From a virus (taxonomy: Duplodnaviria > Caudoviricetes), in the IMG/VR virus record IMGVR_UViG_3300020718_000010, positions 1 to 64,000 of that record: 64,000 nucleotides of DNA. One strand, given 5' to 3'. The notes beneath the pieces were generated by a model that saw only the letters and a program-made list of their open reading frames with translations, did no database searches and was not told where the DNA came from. A program made the translations under genes and the position numbers. Position 1 is the stretch's first letter; the number at the start of each line of letters is the position of its first letter. Positions 32,818 through 41,666 of this stretch are shown here, one piece after another.

Positions 32818-35259
32818 TTAGCGACCCATTGTTTTCAGGGTAAAACGAAGTTCCCTGAACTGCTGCTCTACGTGGTGCTTGATGTCGGCAACGGTGGCTG
32901 AGTCGGCGTTGCCGTTGATATTGATGGCAACTGCACCCGGGTGAATATTGAGGGTTGAACCACGGCTTGACTGCATTGCACGCATACTTGAAAGGCTCAT
33001 TACTGCCTCCCCGGCCTGCATCATCATTGGGACTTCTTTTCCAAATGGCCCCGGGACAATTCCTCCGCTGTGCATTTTGCCCTTTGGTTTTTCACCTACA
33101 TGGGGAATTGTGCTTATTTGTACGGCGTGGCCGAGAATTGGAATCCAATTAGTTGCTTTATTCCAAAGGTTAATAATCAAATCAATCGCATCAATAAATC
33201 CGTTAATCATCCCATTCCACATAGAAGAACCAAGACTGCTAATTCCGCTCCACAATGTTTTAAAGAATCCTAAAATTTTATTTATGCCTGTTGTTATTTG
33301 GTTCCAAGCCCAGTCAAAAGCGGCATAGACGCCATGCCATACGTCAACAAAGACTGTTTTAATTGCCCTAAAGATATCAAGCCACATATTGATGTACATA
33401 TGAATGTACTTATCGATGGCGGCAAAAATCATCTTTCCAAAATCAAGAATTCCCTGCCATACAATTTTAACTATTTTTAAGAATGTTTGCCAATGGGTGA
33501 TGATAAGAGTAATTACCGCAACCGCCGCTATACCCGCAATTACCCATGGATTAAGAAGCAATGAACTAAGTCCACCAAGTTTTGAAGCAAGCCCCGCTAC
33601 TCCACCAACATCTTTTACGACAGTGGTTCCGGCTTTTGCCGCCGCTTCGGTTGCCTCGGCTGCTGCCATCGCTTTTCGCATTTTCATAAATGCTTGTAAT
33701 TTAGAAAGAAAACCAGCACCCTCTGCGGTTTGGAACATAACAAATGCTGTTCGTAGTTTCCCTATTTTTCCAATTAAACCTATGATTCCATCTGCAACAA
33801 GGTTCAACGGACTTATAAAAAGTTTGCGGGTAAACCATACTGCTGCAAGGACTTCAAGAATTCCCTTAAGTGGTCCTAGGTTCTTAGCAACCGTAGAAAT
33901 AACACCAATTATTTTTCCAAGAACAACTCCAGAGAATGCAACCGCTGTAGCAAAAACGTTAATTAAATAAATAATTGATGGAAGAGCACCTGTTACAAGT
34001 GGCATTAATGCCACCAAAAGGTTTGCAATCGATGTGGCAAGTAGTGGAAGAACTGGTGCCATGGTTACAAATGCTTGTAACAATCCGTTCATCAATTTTT
34101 CTAATTGTTTGTTGTCTGCCATTTGTTTAAATGTTTTGGCAATTGCATTTACGCCAACCATTAAGTTTTTGCTAACCGCATCACCCATTGTGACAAATAA
34201 TTTACCAAGTGGCCCTAATTTATCTCCGGAGCCCACAAGTTTTGCAAAGGCATCAGCAAGTGGTGTAACAATTGCGGCAACCAATTGAATGAACGGTGTG
34301 ACCATATTCAAAATTGCTGGAATTATAGAATTTGTCAACAGGGTAAGCAATGGCGCAAACGCATTAAAAATCTTACCCAATGCATTACCAAGTGTTTGAG
34401 CAACCTGTTTAATGGCGGTGCCCATAAAAGAAAGTACGGGCATAAGTGCTTGAACGACTGGGATTACTGCTTGTGCCAAAGAGTCAAAGATAGGAATAAG
34501 ACCTAATCCAAGTGACTGCCAAATTAATTGAATGTCATTCTTCAAAAGGTCAATTGGACTTTGCGCACTTTTAGCAAGGTCTTTAGTGGCGGAGCCAATG
34601 TCACGCAACGCCATTTGTTGAGCCGCAAGAACACCGTTTTGCTTTTCTGTATTCTTAATGGCTTGTTGTTGTGCGTTAGTAAGGGTGATTCCCATACGAC
34701 GAAGTGCGCCCATTGATTTTGCAGGGTCTGCAATCATGCGTGTCAACATACGGCTAGTAGATGAAATATTTCCACCAGTCACTTCAGCAATGTTGGCAGC
34801 ATCTGTCAAAACGGTATTTAAACCGTCTTTCATGCCCTTTGTTGCATTCATTACGTCTTTGTTAGCAATAATGAAGTTTTGAGCACGAACAATGTCTGCT
34901 TTGTTAATACCGTTTTGAATTGATAGAGCCGTAGCCATTTGGTCTAGGCGCTGTGAATACCACCTAGTTGACTGCGCATTACCTTGTAATTCGTATTGAC
35001 GTTGAAGGTTATTGTTTTTTACAAGTTGAGACTGAACCTTTTGAAGGTTAATAAGTTGTGATGCGGATTCAATGGCATGAGAGATTCCCACACCAACACC
35101 AACAACACCAATGGTGTTTTTGATAATTCCGCCGACTTTGGAAAATGAGCCTTTAATTTGCTCTGCAGCCATACTGGCCGCTTTTTCAATGTCACTAAAC
35201 CCAGATTTGGTATCGGTAGTGTCAAGTAGCGCTCTTAGTCGAATGTCAGTTGTTGCCAC
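32818..35259 (-). CDS. Tape measure protein
   Basis: Follows chaperone genes; helical amphipathic repeats, W-spaced repeats, C-terminal MHSGGIVPG....VP...QAGEAV. Confidence 0.9.
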   Translation of the reverse strand: MATTDIRLRALLDTTDTKSGFSDIEKAASMAAEQIKGSFSKVGGIIKNTIGVVGVGVGISHAIESASQLINLQKVQSQLVKNNNLQRQYELQGNAQSTRWYSQRLDQMATALSIQNGINKADIVRAQNFIIANKDVMNATKGMKDGLNTVLTDAANIAEVTGGNISSTSRMLTRMIADPAKSMGALRRMGITLTNAQQQAIKNTEKQNGVLAAQQMALRDIGSATKDLAKSAQSPIDLLKNDIQLIWQSLGLGLIPIFDSLAQAVIPVVQALMPVLSFMGTAIKQVAQTLGNALGKIFNAFAPLLTLLTNSIIPAILNMVTPFIQLVAAIVTPLADAFAKLVGSGDKLGPLGKLFVTMGDAVSKNLMVGVNAIAKTFKQMADNKQLEKLMNGLLQAFVTMAPVLPLLATSIANLLVALMPLVTGALPSIIYLINVFATAVAFSGVVLGKIIGVISTVAKNLGPLKGILEVLAAVWFTRKLFISPLNLVADGIIGLIGKIGKLRTAFVMFQTAEGAGFLSKLQAFMKMRKAMAAAEATEAAAKAGTTVVKDVGGVAGLASKLGGLSSLLLNPWVIAGIAAVAVITLIITHWQTFLKIVKIVWQGILDFGKMIFAAIDKYIHMYINMWLDIFRAIKTVFVDVWHGVYAAFDWAWNQITTGINKILGFFKTLWSGISSLGSSMWNGMINGFIDAIDLIINLWNKATNWIPILGHAVQISTIPHVGEKPKGKMHSGGIVPGPFGKEVPMMMQAGEAVMSLSSMRAMQSSRGSTLNIHPGAVAININGNADSATVADIKHHVEQQFRELRFTLKTMGR

Positions 35260-35278
35260 TTGTCACCACCTTTCCTTA

Positions 35279-35479
35279 CTACCCGTTCTGAGCCTTTCTC
35301 ATCGCTTCTTCTTGTTCAAACGCACGCAATTTCCAAACTGCTTGCCACTCAACAACTTCCGCTGCTGAGATGGCATTATGTGCCGGTGAACCGTCTAGCA
35401 ACTCGCCAACCGTCCGACCCAACTTCTCCGCTAGTTCGTAGAGGAAGCGTCGGTCAGGATTGGCGAGAAACCTTTTCCC
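35279..35479 (-). CDS. Tail assembly chaperone -1 frame extension (gpT-like)
   Basis: -1 frame from the slippery site reads GKRFLANPDRRFLYELAEKLGRTVGELL...EVVEWQAVWKL...NG*. Confidence 0.85.
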   Translation of the reverse strand, partial: GKRFLANPDRRFLYELAEKLGRTVGELLDGSPAHNAISAAEVVEWQAVWKLRAFEQEEAMRKAQNG

Positions 35480-35817
35480 GCCGCATCAACCGCCTCTTCA
35501 GTCATTCCAGAAAGTTCCATAGCAACCGTAGCAATTTGCTCAACCGCTGCTGCAGACTTGGCCATGAGTGCGTCACGGTCACCTTCTGCAAATACACGCT
35601 CTCCCGTTTCCGGGTCGAACGTGCAAAGAATTACAAGGTCTGGAAGAACTTCTTCTAAATTAAATGCGCCAGTTGTAGAAGCAGCATTGTTAATCATGCG
35701 TGCTCGGTCCTTGGCGGTCATTGATTTAACAAGAACAGTTACATCCCAAGCCGTGACGTTTACTTCTCTAGAAGCAATATCGTCTTTGGCGAAGATTTGT
35801 GCTGAAAGGTTTGACAT
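35431..35817 (-). CDS. Tail assembly chaperone (gpG-like)
   Basis: V..W..TVLVKSMTAKDR...LVILC..DPETGERVF; between tail tube and TMP. Confidence 0.85.
   Translation of the reverse strand: MSNLSAQIFAKDDIASREVNVTAWDVTVLVKSMTAKDRARMINNAASTTGAFNLEEVLPDLVILCTFDPETGERVFAEGDRDALMAKSAAAVEQIATVAMELSGMTEEAVDAAGKGFSPILTDASSTN
35473..35479 (-). other. Programmed -1 frameshift heptamer G-GGA-AAA
   Basis: X-XXY-YYZ in the correct phase near the end of the chaperone ORF. Confidence 0.85.
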
Positions 35818-35846
35818 AAGTATTAGTACTCCTATAGGTGGTTAAC

Positions 35847-36536
35847 CTATAGTGTAGTACGTACCACCGCACCAGTCACTTGAATTTCACCGTCAAATGT
35901 AACCACACCGGAAACAGATGATTTGAGGTCGTACTTGGTAGAAATGCCTTGGCCGTAGTATTTTGGCGAAGCAGTTAGACCAGTAAATCCACCCGGTGTT
36001 GAAGGACCATAAACGAACGATACAAAAGCGCCTGTGTTTTGGAAGGCGAAAAGGTCGTTCATAATTTGGTCAATTCCACCAGATGCACCGTCAGCGCCAC
36101 TGTAGGCGGTTGGGTCGTACATACCGCTGAATGAAATTGTGTATGACTTTAGACCAACGATGTATGACTTAACACCAGAAGCGTTAAAAGTCGTTGTTTC
36201 CGCAGACTCAATTGCCTGTGGGAATGAAATGTCGTTGATGTAAGGGCTGATGTTTACCATTGGCAAAACCACAGAACCAGAAGCAGCAGTTGCTGAAACA
36301 CCAAGTGTGGTGCTTGTAGAAACTGCGGCAGATGAGTAGTTTGGTACGCCGTTGATGAAGAGACCGTAAGTAGAACCACCAGCGATGATTGACTCTTGGG
36401 TGCTCAACATTGAGCCTGTGCCGAGTGTGATTGAAGCAGCGGTGCTAGAAACAGCAGAAGTTAGCGTCGAAGACGTTGTTCCGATGTCGTAACCAAGTGC
36501 TAGAAACGCATTCTTACCGTGTTGGAAGGTAGGCAT
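35847..36536 (-). CDS. Major tail tube protein paralog 2 (internal insertion)
   Basis: MPTFQHGKN...ISPYINDISFP...E.AETTTF....KSYIVGL...SFSGMYD...YGP...Y.G......DL.S.VSGVVTF. Confidence 0.8.
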   Translation of the reverse strand: MPTFQHGKNAFLALGYDIGTTSSTLTSAVSSTAASITLGTGSMLSTQESIIAGGSTYGLFINGVPNYSSAAVSTSTTLGVSATAASGSVVLPMVNISPYINDISFPQAIESAETTTFNASGVKSYIVGLKSYTISFSGMYDPTAYSGADGASGGIDQIMNDLFAFQNTGAFVSFVYGPSTPGGFTGLTASPKYYGQGISTKYDLKSSVSGVVTFDGEIQVTGAVVRTTL

Positions 36537-36553
36537 GATGGATTATTCCTTTC

Positions 36554-37285
36554 CTAGTATCGGGCGAACCCGAAGTAGATGTTTGATGTTGCATTGGTTC
36601 CCGTCAACGTCCAGTTAAGGCGTGTGTAACGGTAAATAGTGCTTGGGAGTGAGGCGGTGCTTACGACTGAAGTTCCCACGCCAGTCACAGCGCTCGTTGC
36701 ATTAACCCAAGTTGAGTTATCCGCTGAGTGCTGAAGCGTAACGGAGAGCGTTCCCGTAAGCGAAAGAACGCCAATAACGAAAAGACCCCCACGTGTTGAC
36801 GGAGATTTTCCGTCAAGAACGGTGGTGCTTCCCGATGTGGTGGTGGTGAAGAATTGACCAAAGCCATTCCAAACTCCCCCATCAGCCTGAACCTCTGCGT
36901 CAATAGATACAACTCCACTGACTGGAGATTTCAAGTCGTACTTTGTTTCAATGCCTTGTGCCATGTAGCAACGGTCGTTTTGCGCCGTTCCGCCAGCAGG
37001 GAATACAAGGATTGCTTCATTGGCAGTGTTGCTGATTGCCGTAGAGATAATTGAGTCAATTCCGCTTGAGGTTCCATCGTAGAAACCTGAAAGAGCAATT
37101 GTTCCGGTTCCAAGACCTGTAACGAAAGACTTAACGCCTGAGGTTTGGAAAGTTGTTACTTCAGATGCTTCAAGTGAGCGTGAAACAGCAGCATCGTTGA
37201 AGTATTGAGAAAGGTCGTAACCGAGGTTTACAGCAGGGTTTGAGAAAAGAACTCGGGTATTCTTACCGTGAAGGAATGTTGCCAT
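36554..37285 (-). CDS. Major tail tube protein paralog 1 (C-terminal extension)
   Basis: MATFLHGKN..YDLSQYFN...EVTTF....KSFV.GL..G.I.LSGFYD...KYDLKSPVSGVV plus LQHSADNSTW extension. Confidence 0.8.
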   Translation of the reverse strand: MATFLHGKNTRVLFSNPAVNLGYDLSQYFNDAAVSRSLEASEVTTFQTSGVKSFVTGLGTGTIALSGFYDGTSSGIDSIISTAISNTANEAILVFPAGGTAQNDRCYMAQGIETKYDLKSPVSGVVSIDAEVQADGGVWNGFGQFFTTTTSGSTTVLDGKSPSTRGGLFVIGVLSLTGTLSVTLQHSADNSTWVNATSAVTGVGTSVVSTASLPSTIYRYTRLNWTLTGTNATSNIYFGFARY

Positions 37286-37476
37286 TAGTTGCTTTCCTCT
37301 TCAGTTGGTGCTGCAGCGGCTGGTGCTGAACTTGGAACGATGAATCCATCGGCCATAAGCCAAGCAATGCTTTCGCCCGGAAGGTCTTCAATTACATCGC
37401 CGCAGGACGCTACCTTCCCTTGATAAAACAAGGGAGATTGGTCTGTTACCAAATACGCCGTTTTTGACTTAGCCAT
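37285..37476 (-). CDS. Small tail-associated protein
   Basis: 63 aa, Y.V.......G.V..GD.I.DLP......L...G.I pattern; TAATG overlap to tube gene. Confidence 0.6.
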   Translation of the reverse strand: MAKSKTAYLVTDQSPLFYQGKVASCGDVIEDLPGESIAWLMADGFIVPSSAPAAAAPTEEESN

Positions 37477-37516
37477 CCGTGCCTCACATAGCAGAAAGTG
37501 GGTTACTTACTAAGAA

Positions 37517-37525
37517 ATCGTACCA
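37517..37525 (-). promoter_or_regulatory. Extended -10 promoter TGG-TACGAT restarting transcription for tail genes
   Basis: TGn-TAnnnT immediately downstream of the terminator U-tract. Confidence 0.5.
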
Positions 37526-37527
37526 TT

Positions 37528-37571
37528 GAAAAACAAAAATCCCCTTAGACGAAAACTCGACCAAGGGGATT
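37528..37571 (-). terminator. Intrinsic terminator
   Basis: AATCCCCTT/AAGGGGATT stem followed on the minus strand by TTTGTTTTTC. Confidence 0.75.
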
Positions 37572-37596
37572 ATTAAAGACTTTTGGAAAAGAGGTA

Positions 37597-37893
37597 TTAT
37601 GCAGCGTCTTCTTCAACGGCACGGCGACGACGTTTACCTTTTGGAACGACCTTGCTCACACGCTCAGGTGCAAAGAAACGGTCTGTGGTGTTCCCATTTG
37701 GCCCGCCAAAGACATGGACGGCGATTACCTTATCCTCTTTAACATGAACCGCTTTAAAGGCAAATGAGCCGGCTGCCCCACTGACCTTAACTGCATCACC
37801 GGGCTCTAGACCTGCATCACCCCACAACGGAAGCGCCGTCCACGCTGGTACATAATGCGGAACATGAACTCCCGTAATTTTTTTACTCGCCAT
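37597..37893 (-). CDS. SH3-like actinophage protein (DUF7246-like)
   Basis: LEPGD.VKV.G..G.F.F......V.V.GGP.G....RFF.PERV; AAGGGAG SD. Confidence 0.6.
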   Translation of the reverse strand: MASKKITGVHVPHYVPAWTALPLWGDAGLEPGDAVKVSGAAGSFAFKAVHVKEDKVIAVHVFGGPNGNTTDRFFAPERVSKVVPKGKRRRRAVEEDAA

Positions 37894-37929
37894 TTGTTGT
37901 CTCCCTTTCTTTCAAATGACTACTCATTA

Positions 37930-37958
37930 AGTATAGCAGGTTATAGTACTGCTTTCAA
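37930..37958 (-). promoter_or_regulatory. Promoter TTGAAA-N17-TATACT inside the structural operon
   Basis: Hexamers, TGn extension and 17-nt spacer read directly. Confidence 0.75.
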
Positions 37959-38182
37959 GCACCCAATTGTTCGCCGCACTCACAAACAAGGAATTCTCCA
38001 GTTAGAGATGCGACAGGTACTGCGTTTTCATGTTGACAATCGCCATCAAAAAGTTTTTCAACTTTTTTTTCGGGTTGTGGTGGTGTGAGCAATTTTTCGA
38101 CTGCGGTGAGTGCATGAAGCGCCGCTTCGTTCGCCGCTTTTGCTGCTTTGATACTTTGCAAAATTAAATTGATTTCGCTCAT
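37955..38182 (-). CDS. Small protein with C-terminal Cys/His motif
   Basis: Helical N-terminus, CQH...CECG C-terminus; ATGA overlap. Confidence 0.55.
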   Translation of the reverse strand: MSEINLILQSIKAAKAANEAALHALTAVEKLLTPPQPEKKVEKLFDGDCQHENAVPVASLTGEFLVCECGEQLGA

Positions 38183-38607
38183 GGAAGAATGTGTGCTTGT
38201 AAGTTAGCGGTGAAACGTGGTCGGTCAACATCGTCATAACCAATTGGGTTTGGAGAGCCAAGCGGTTCAAGTCGAAGAATTGTTATTCCATTAATTGTTA
38301 CGGTGCTGGTGATTGCACCAAGTATGTTTCGTACAACCATGCAGAGGTCGTATGCGCCCGGGTAATCCTCACGGTCACCACGGGTCATAATTTGGATACG
38401 TGGATTTTCTAGTTGCGAAACATCATTTCCAAAAGTAAGCGTTGGACTTTCGCCTTGATATTGCTGAATAAGGACTGCAGCGTTTGGCGCTTCTGCGGGG
38501 AGGCGACCTAAAAACAAATTTTTACCAAGTAACAATTGCTGATTAGCGGGTAAACCCACTGTTTGAAGTGGCAAGTAGTTCCCAATTGCGTCTAGAAGAG
38601 TTGTCAT
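38179..38607 (-). CDS. Tail terminator (gp17/minor-capsid family)
   Basis: LFLGRLP..P......Y.G..P....ENP.IQI..RG...Y..AY...D..DRP.F..N. Confidence 0.8.
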   Translation of the reverse strand: MTTLLDAIGNYLPLQTVGLPANQQLLLGKNLFLGRLPAEAPNAAVLIQQYQGESPTLTFGNDVSQLENPRIQIMTRGDREDYPGAYDLCMVVRNILGAITSTVTINGITILRLEPLGSPNPIGYDDVDRPRFTANLQAHILP

Positions 38608-39056
38608 TAGTTTCCTTTAGAAAAGTCTAGTGGGGGCATCTTTGTTGGCGCTTGCAAAACAGTATTACTTCCAAGAAGCAACGAAATGTTTTTTTGTATT
38701 TCAGCAATTAAATCTTTTTCATTTTCAAGCGCAGGTATTTCTAAAAACTTTGATTGTGTTGGTGCGGCGTGTTCTTTTGTAAGGTCTTCGTGAACATAAA
38801 TTGCATAGTCAACGATGTCGTCTCCGTAAATAATTTCAGCGCCAGCACCGGTTGTGGCAAAAGTTGGCTTTCGTGTATTTAGTTGACCTGAGGCTTTTAA
38901 TGCCCCCGTGTCAACTGGAACAAGTTGCTGGCTTCTTTCAAAAATGGTGCCCATAACCTTGTTAATGGCAACTTGAGCAACTTTGTTTACCATTGGTGCT
39001 TTAGCCAAAAGACTTTTAAGTTCACTTAAATCAACGGTGATTTTCATTTCGGCCAT
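38607..39056 (-). CDS. Neck/tail completion protein (HK97 gp10-like)
   Basis: SQQLVPVDTGALKASG...YAIYVHE...KFLE.PA. Confidence 0.85.
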   Translation of the reverse strand: MAEMKITVDLSELKSLLAKAPMVNKVAQVAINKVMGTIFERSQQLVPVDTGALKASGQLNTRKPTFATTGAGAEIIYGDDIVDYAIYVHEDLTKEHAAPTQSKFLEIPALENEKDLIAEIQKNISLLLGSNTVLQAPTKMPPLDFSKGN

Positions 39057-39064
39057 GTCAAAAC

Positions 39065-39475
39065 CTATTCAAAGTGAAGAACTGTGTTGTAGCCAATTAA
39101 TCCTGTTTCGTCGTAATTATTAGATACATACATAATTACTGGGTGTAGCAACGCTGGTTGAGTCTCTCCCGGAACGGTTACACGTGCTTCGGTTGTTATT
39201 GCAGGATAAAAACCATCCAAATATGCACGTCCCGAACTAACTCGGTCACGACCATCGATGGTAGAAAGAACTTTTGTTTCGTATTCAAGGCGGCATTTAA
39301 ATTTACTTTGAGGACCATATTCAACTAATGAATCGCTTGTTCCATCGCCTTCAATGTAGTGACGACCATACCCATCAAGGGTTGCTGTTCCTTGTGTGAC
39401 GGCTGGGTTGGCAATAATGTTTTCAATAATTATTGTCTGCGTCATCATCGCAAGAAGTGCGGGGTCGATTGACAT
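39065..39475 (-). CDS. Head closure protein (gp16-like)
   Basis: D.YG......C........G..RVSS...YL pattern; position after adaptor. Confidence 0.7.
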   Translation of the reverse strand: MSIDPALLAMMTQTIIIENIIANPAVTQGTATLDGYGRHYIEGDGTSDSLVEYGPQSKFKCRLEYETKVLSTIDGRDRVSSGRAYLDGFYPAITTEARVTVPGETQPALLHPVIMYVSNNYDETGLIGYNTVLHFE

Positions 39476-39484
39476 TTAAGACTC

Positions 39485-39982
39485 CTAGAAAGGTTCTACT
39501 GAGTCGTTTACGTTGTCATCGAAACCGGGCTCGTAGCCAGTTCCGTATGTTGAAGTGACACCCGTAACCGCACCAGAAGGCCAGTCGTTTGCAACTGCGT
39601 AGTAGCGGTCAAACTTTCCAATTCGCAACTCTGCACCGAGAGCGTTGGGGTCGGCATTTGCGTGTGGTGGGTTGACACGGCGGCTACGCATAAGTAGTTC
39701 TGCGGCGAGAGCCTTAAACTTTTCAGCACGGTCTCCGTAGGATTTACTTAGGCTTAGACCACCAACGGTCTTTGTTTCGGTTTCGGCCAATTGAATAAAT
39801 TGAGAGGCAAGACTAAAGCAAGTATTAGAGGCGGCACGGTATGGCTCGTTATTGACTTCATTAAGGCTGAAGGCAATTTCCTCGTCTTGCACCAATGGCG
39901 TCGCTGGGTTTGTGTCTCCAATTAAAAAACGAACTGCGTCTTTTGTGGAACTTGTGGGGTCTGCTGAATAACTCCAACTCAT
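39485..39982 (-). CDS. Head-tail adaptor (gp15/gp6-like)
   Basis: MSWSYS.DP....DAVRFLIGDT......QDEEI...L.......AA. Confidence 0.8.
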   Translation of the reverse strand: MSWSYSADPTSSTKDAVRFLIGDTNPATPLVQDEEIAFSLNEVNNEPYRAASNTCFSLASQFIQLAETETKTVGGLSLSKSYGDRAEKFKALAAELLMRSRRVNPPHANADPNALGAELRIGKFDRYYAVANDWPSGAVTGVTSTYGTGYEPGFDDNVNDSVEPF

Positions 39983-39989
39983 AATGCTC

Positions 39990-40316
39990 CTATGAAATTA
40001 CTGCTGCGTCGATGCGCAGAGTACCGCTAAGAATTCTTTGGTGTCCGTCTGAAGAACTTGCTGTTATTTGAATGTTCCAAATACCCGGCGTAAGTACGGC
40101 AAGTTCATTTGGTGCCCAGTTCACAAAAAGGTTTGGTGATGTTGAGCGACCTACAAGTCCAGTCGTCTTTGTAAGAACCGCTGCGTTTGGTGGGCGTCCG
40201 ATTGTAAGTTTGAAAGTCCATCCAGAACTGAAGTCCAATGTCGCTCCGTTTACATCTATCCAGTTGAACTCCGCTGCTGGGAGACTGGCTGCTGCTGTGG
40301 GGTAGTGAATTGTCAT
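39990..40316 (-). CDS. Small Ig/BppU-like structural protein
   Basis: D.NG..LDFS.GW.F.L........LTKT.G......V.W...EL....G.W..QI.A. Confidence 0.6.
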   Translation of the reverse strand: MTIHYPTAAASLPAAEFNWIDVNGATLDFSSGWTFKLTIGRPPNAAVLTKTTGLVGRSTSPNLFVNWAPNELAVLTPGIWNIQITASSSDGHQRILSGTLRIDAAVIS

Positions 40317-41650
40317 TATGTTCCTTCTCCATACGAGGATAGTCCGTCATCTTGAAAAATAATTCCGTCACCGTCTTGTACCGTGCCAAAACCATCATCT
40401 TGGAAGGTATTAACGTTATCATCGGTTTCGGTGATGGTGTCGCCTTCAACGCCGTGAATGATAAATGCGTCAGAAACAATGTCTTTGAGGAAGCCAGATA
40501 CTGCAAACATTGATTCACGTACTGAAGAAAAAACCAAGTAACCGAAGTTTTTAAATGCCACTTCTTTTTGGAAAAGGGTGGGTGAACCAGAAACTGATAC
40601 ACCATGTGAAGTGGTAGAAACTGTCGATTCTTTCTCTGTGACTGAAGAAACACGTCCATAAGTAATGACACGAGCCAAAGCGCTAGACATGATTTCCGTT
40701 GTCTCAGAAGTAACGCTATGACCAAGGCTTCTATTGGCACCAAACAAAGTTTTGGAAAATACTTCGCTTGTTTTCTCTAAGCCCTTTGATTTAAACGCTG
40801 TTGAAAGTTGCGTCTCAACAGAAACGTTGCTTCTAGTTGATTCTTGCGCACGAGAAGCGGTGGTGATTTGGCTTTGCGTTGTTTCGCTTTCTTTAATTGC
40901 ACTGTATGACTTGGCACCATCAGTGTATTGAGATGCAAAAGCAACCGAGCCGACAAATAGAGCACGGAGCGATGTGCTTGTGGCTTTAAATACTTCCCCA
41001 ACAATTCCAAATGAAACAAACGAAAGAACTTTAAGACCGCTAACATTTTGTGTTTCAGAAACAACACCACTACGTTCAGAGGCGACGGCCTTGGCGCCCG
41101 CTCCAGATAAGCGCTCTGCCATTTCTGAGGAACGTTGAGCATCATACTTACGTGTATTAGCGGAAACTGTTGTTTCAGAAACGGTCCCAGTTTCTACCAC
41201 ACCAAATATTTTGGAGTTTTCAATGGCAAACAACTCTTGCTCTGCAGCAGTAACCGAAGAGCCCTTAGAGCGTGTGTTGGCGGTTGTAAGTTTTTCGATT
41301 TCACTTGCACCCTGTTCTGCGGTTGTTAACTTAATTGACTCTGCCGAAATAAATTCGCTAACCGCTGATTCAACATTGTGCGTAAGCAGTTTTGCCATTT
41401 CAGAAAATTGAATTGTTTTTTGCGATGACGCCTCAATAAGGTCAGCAATTTTTACGGAATTAGACGCAAGGTGTTGGGCGCTAGAAGAAACTACATCGTA
41501 TTCTTTGCCAATTTTTGCCCGAAAAAGAGCGCCGCCATGATAGAGGGGTCTGGTGATATTGAGAATGCCACGATAGGGGAAACCATCGAAGTAGTACTCG
41601 TTGTCATACCCGCTATAAAAGGTATCGCTAATGCCGTACTGAGATGGCAT
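40316..41650 (-). CDS. Ser/Thr/Glu-rich protein with ~20-aa periodicity (fibre-like)
   Basis: Recurrent xSE/xET units about every 20 residues; acidic C-terminus. Confidence 0.6.
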   Translation of the reverse strand: MPSQYGISDTFYSGYDNEYYFDGFPYRGILNITRPLYHGGALFRAKIGKEYDVVSSSAQHLASNSVKIADLIEASSQKTIQFSEMAKLLTHNVESAVSEFISAESIKLTTAEQGASEIEKLTTANTRSKGSSVTAAEQELFAIENSKIFGVVETGTVSETTVSANTRKYDAQRSSEMAERLSGAGAKAVASERSGVVSETQNVSGLKVLSFVSFGIVGEVFKATSTSLRALFVGSVAFASQYTDGAKSYSAIKESETTQSQITTASRAQESTRSNVSVETQLSTAFKSKGLEKTSEVFSKTLFGANRSLGHSVTSETTEIMSSALARVITYGRVSSVTEKESTVSTTSHGVSVSGSPTLFQKEVAFKNFGYLVFSSVRESMFAVSGFLKDIVSDAFIIHGVEGDTITETDDNVNTFQDDGFGTVQDGDGIIFQDDGLSSYGEGT

Positions 41651-41666
41651 AGCCAGCCCCTACGGA

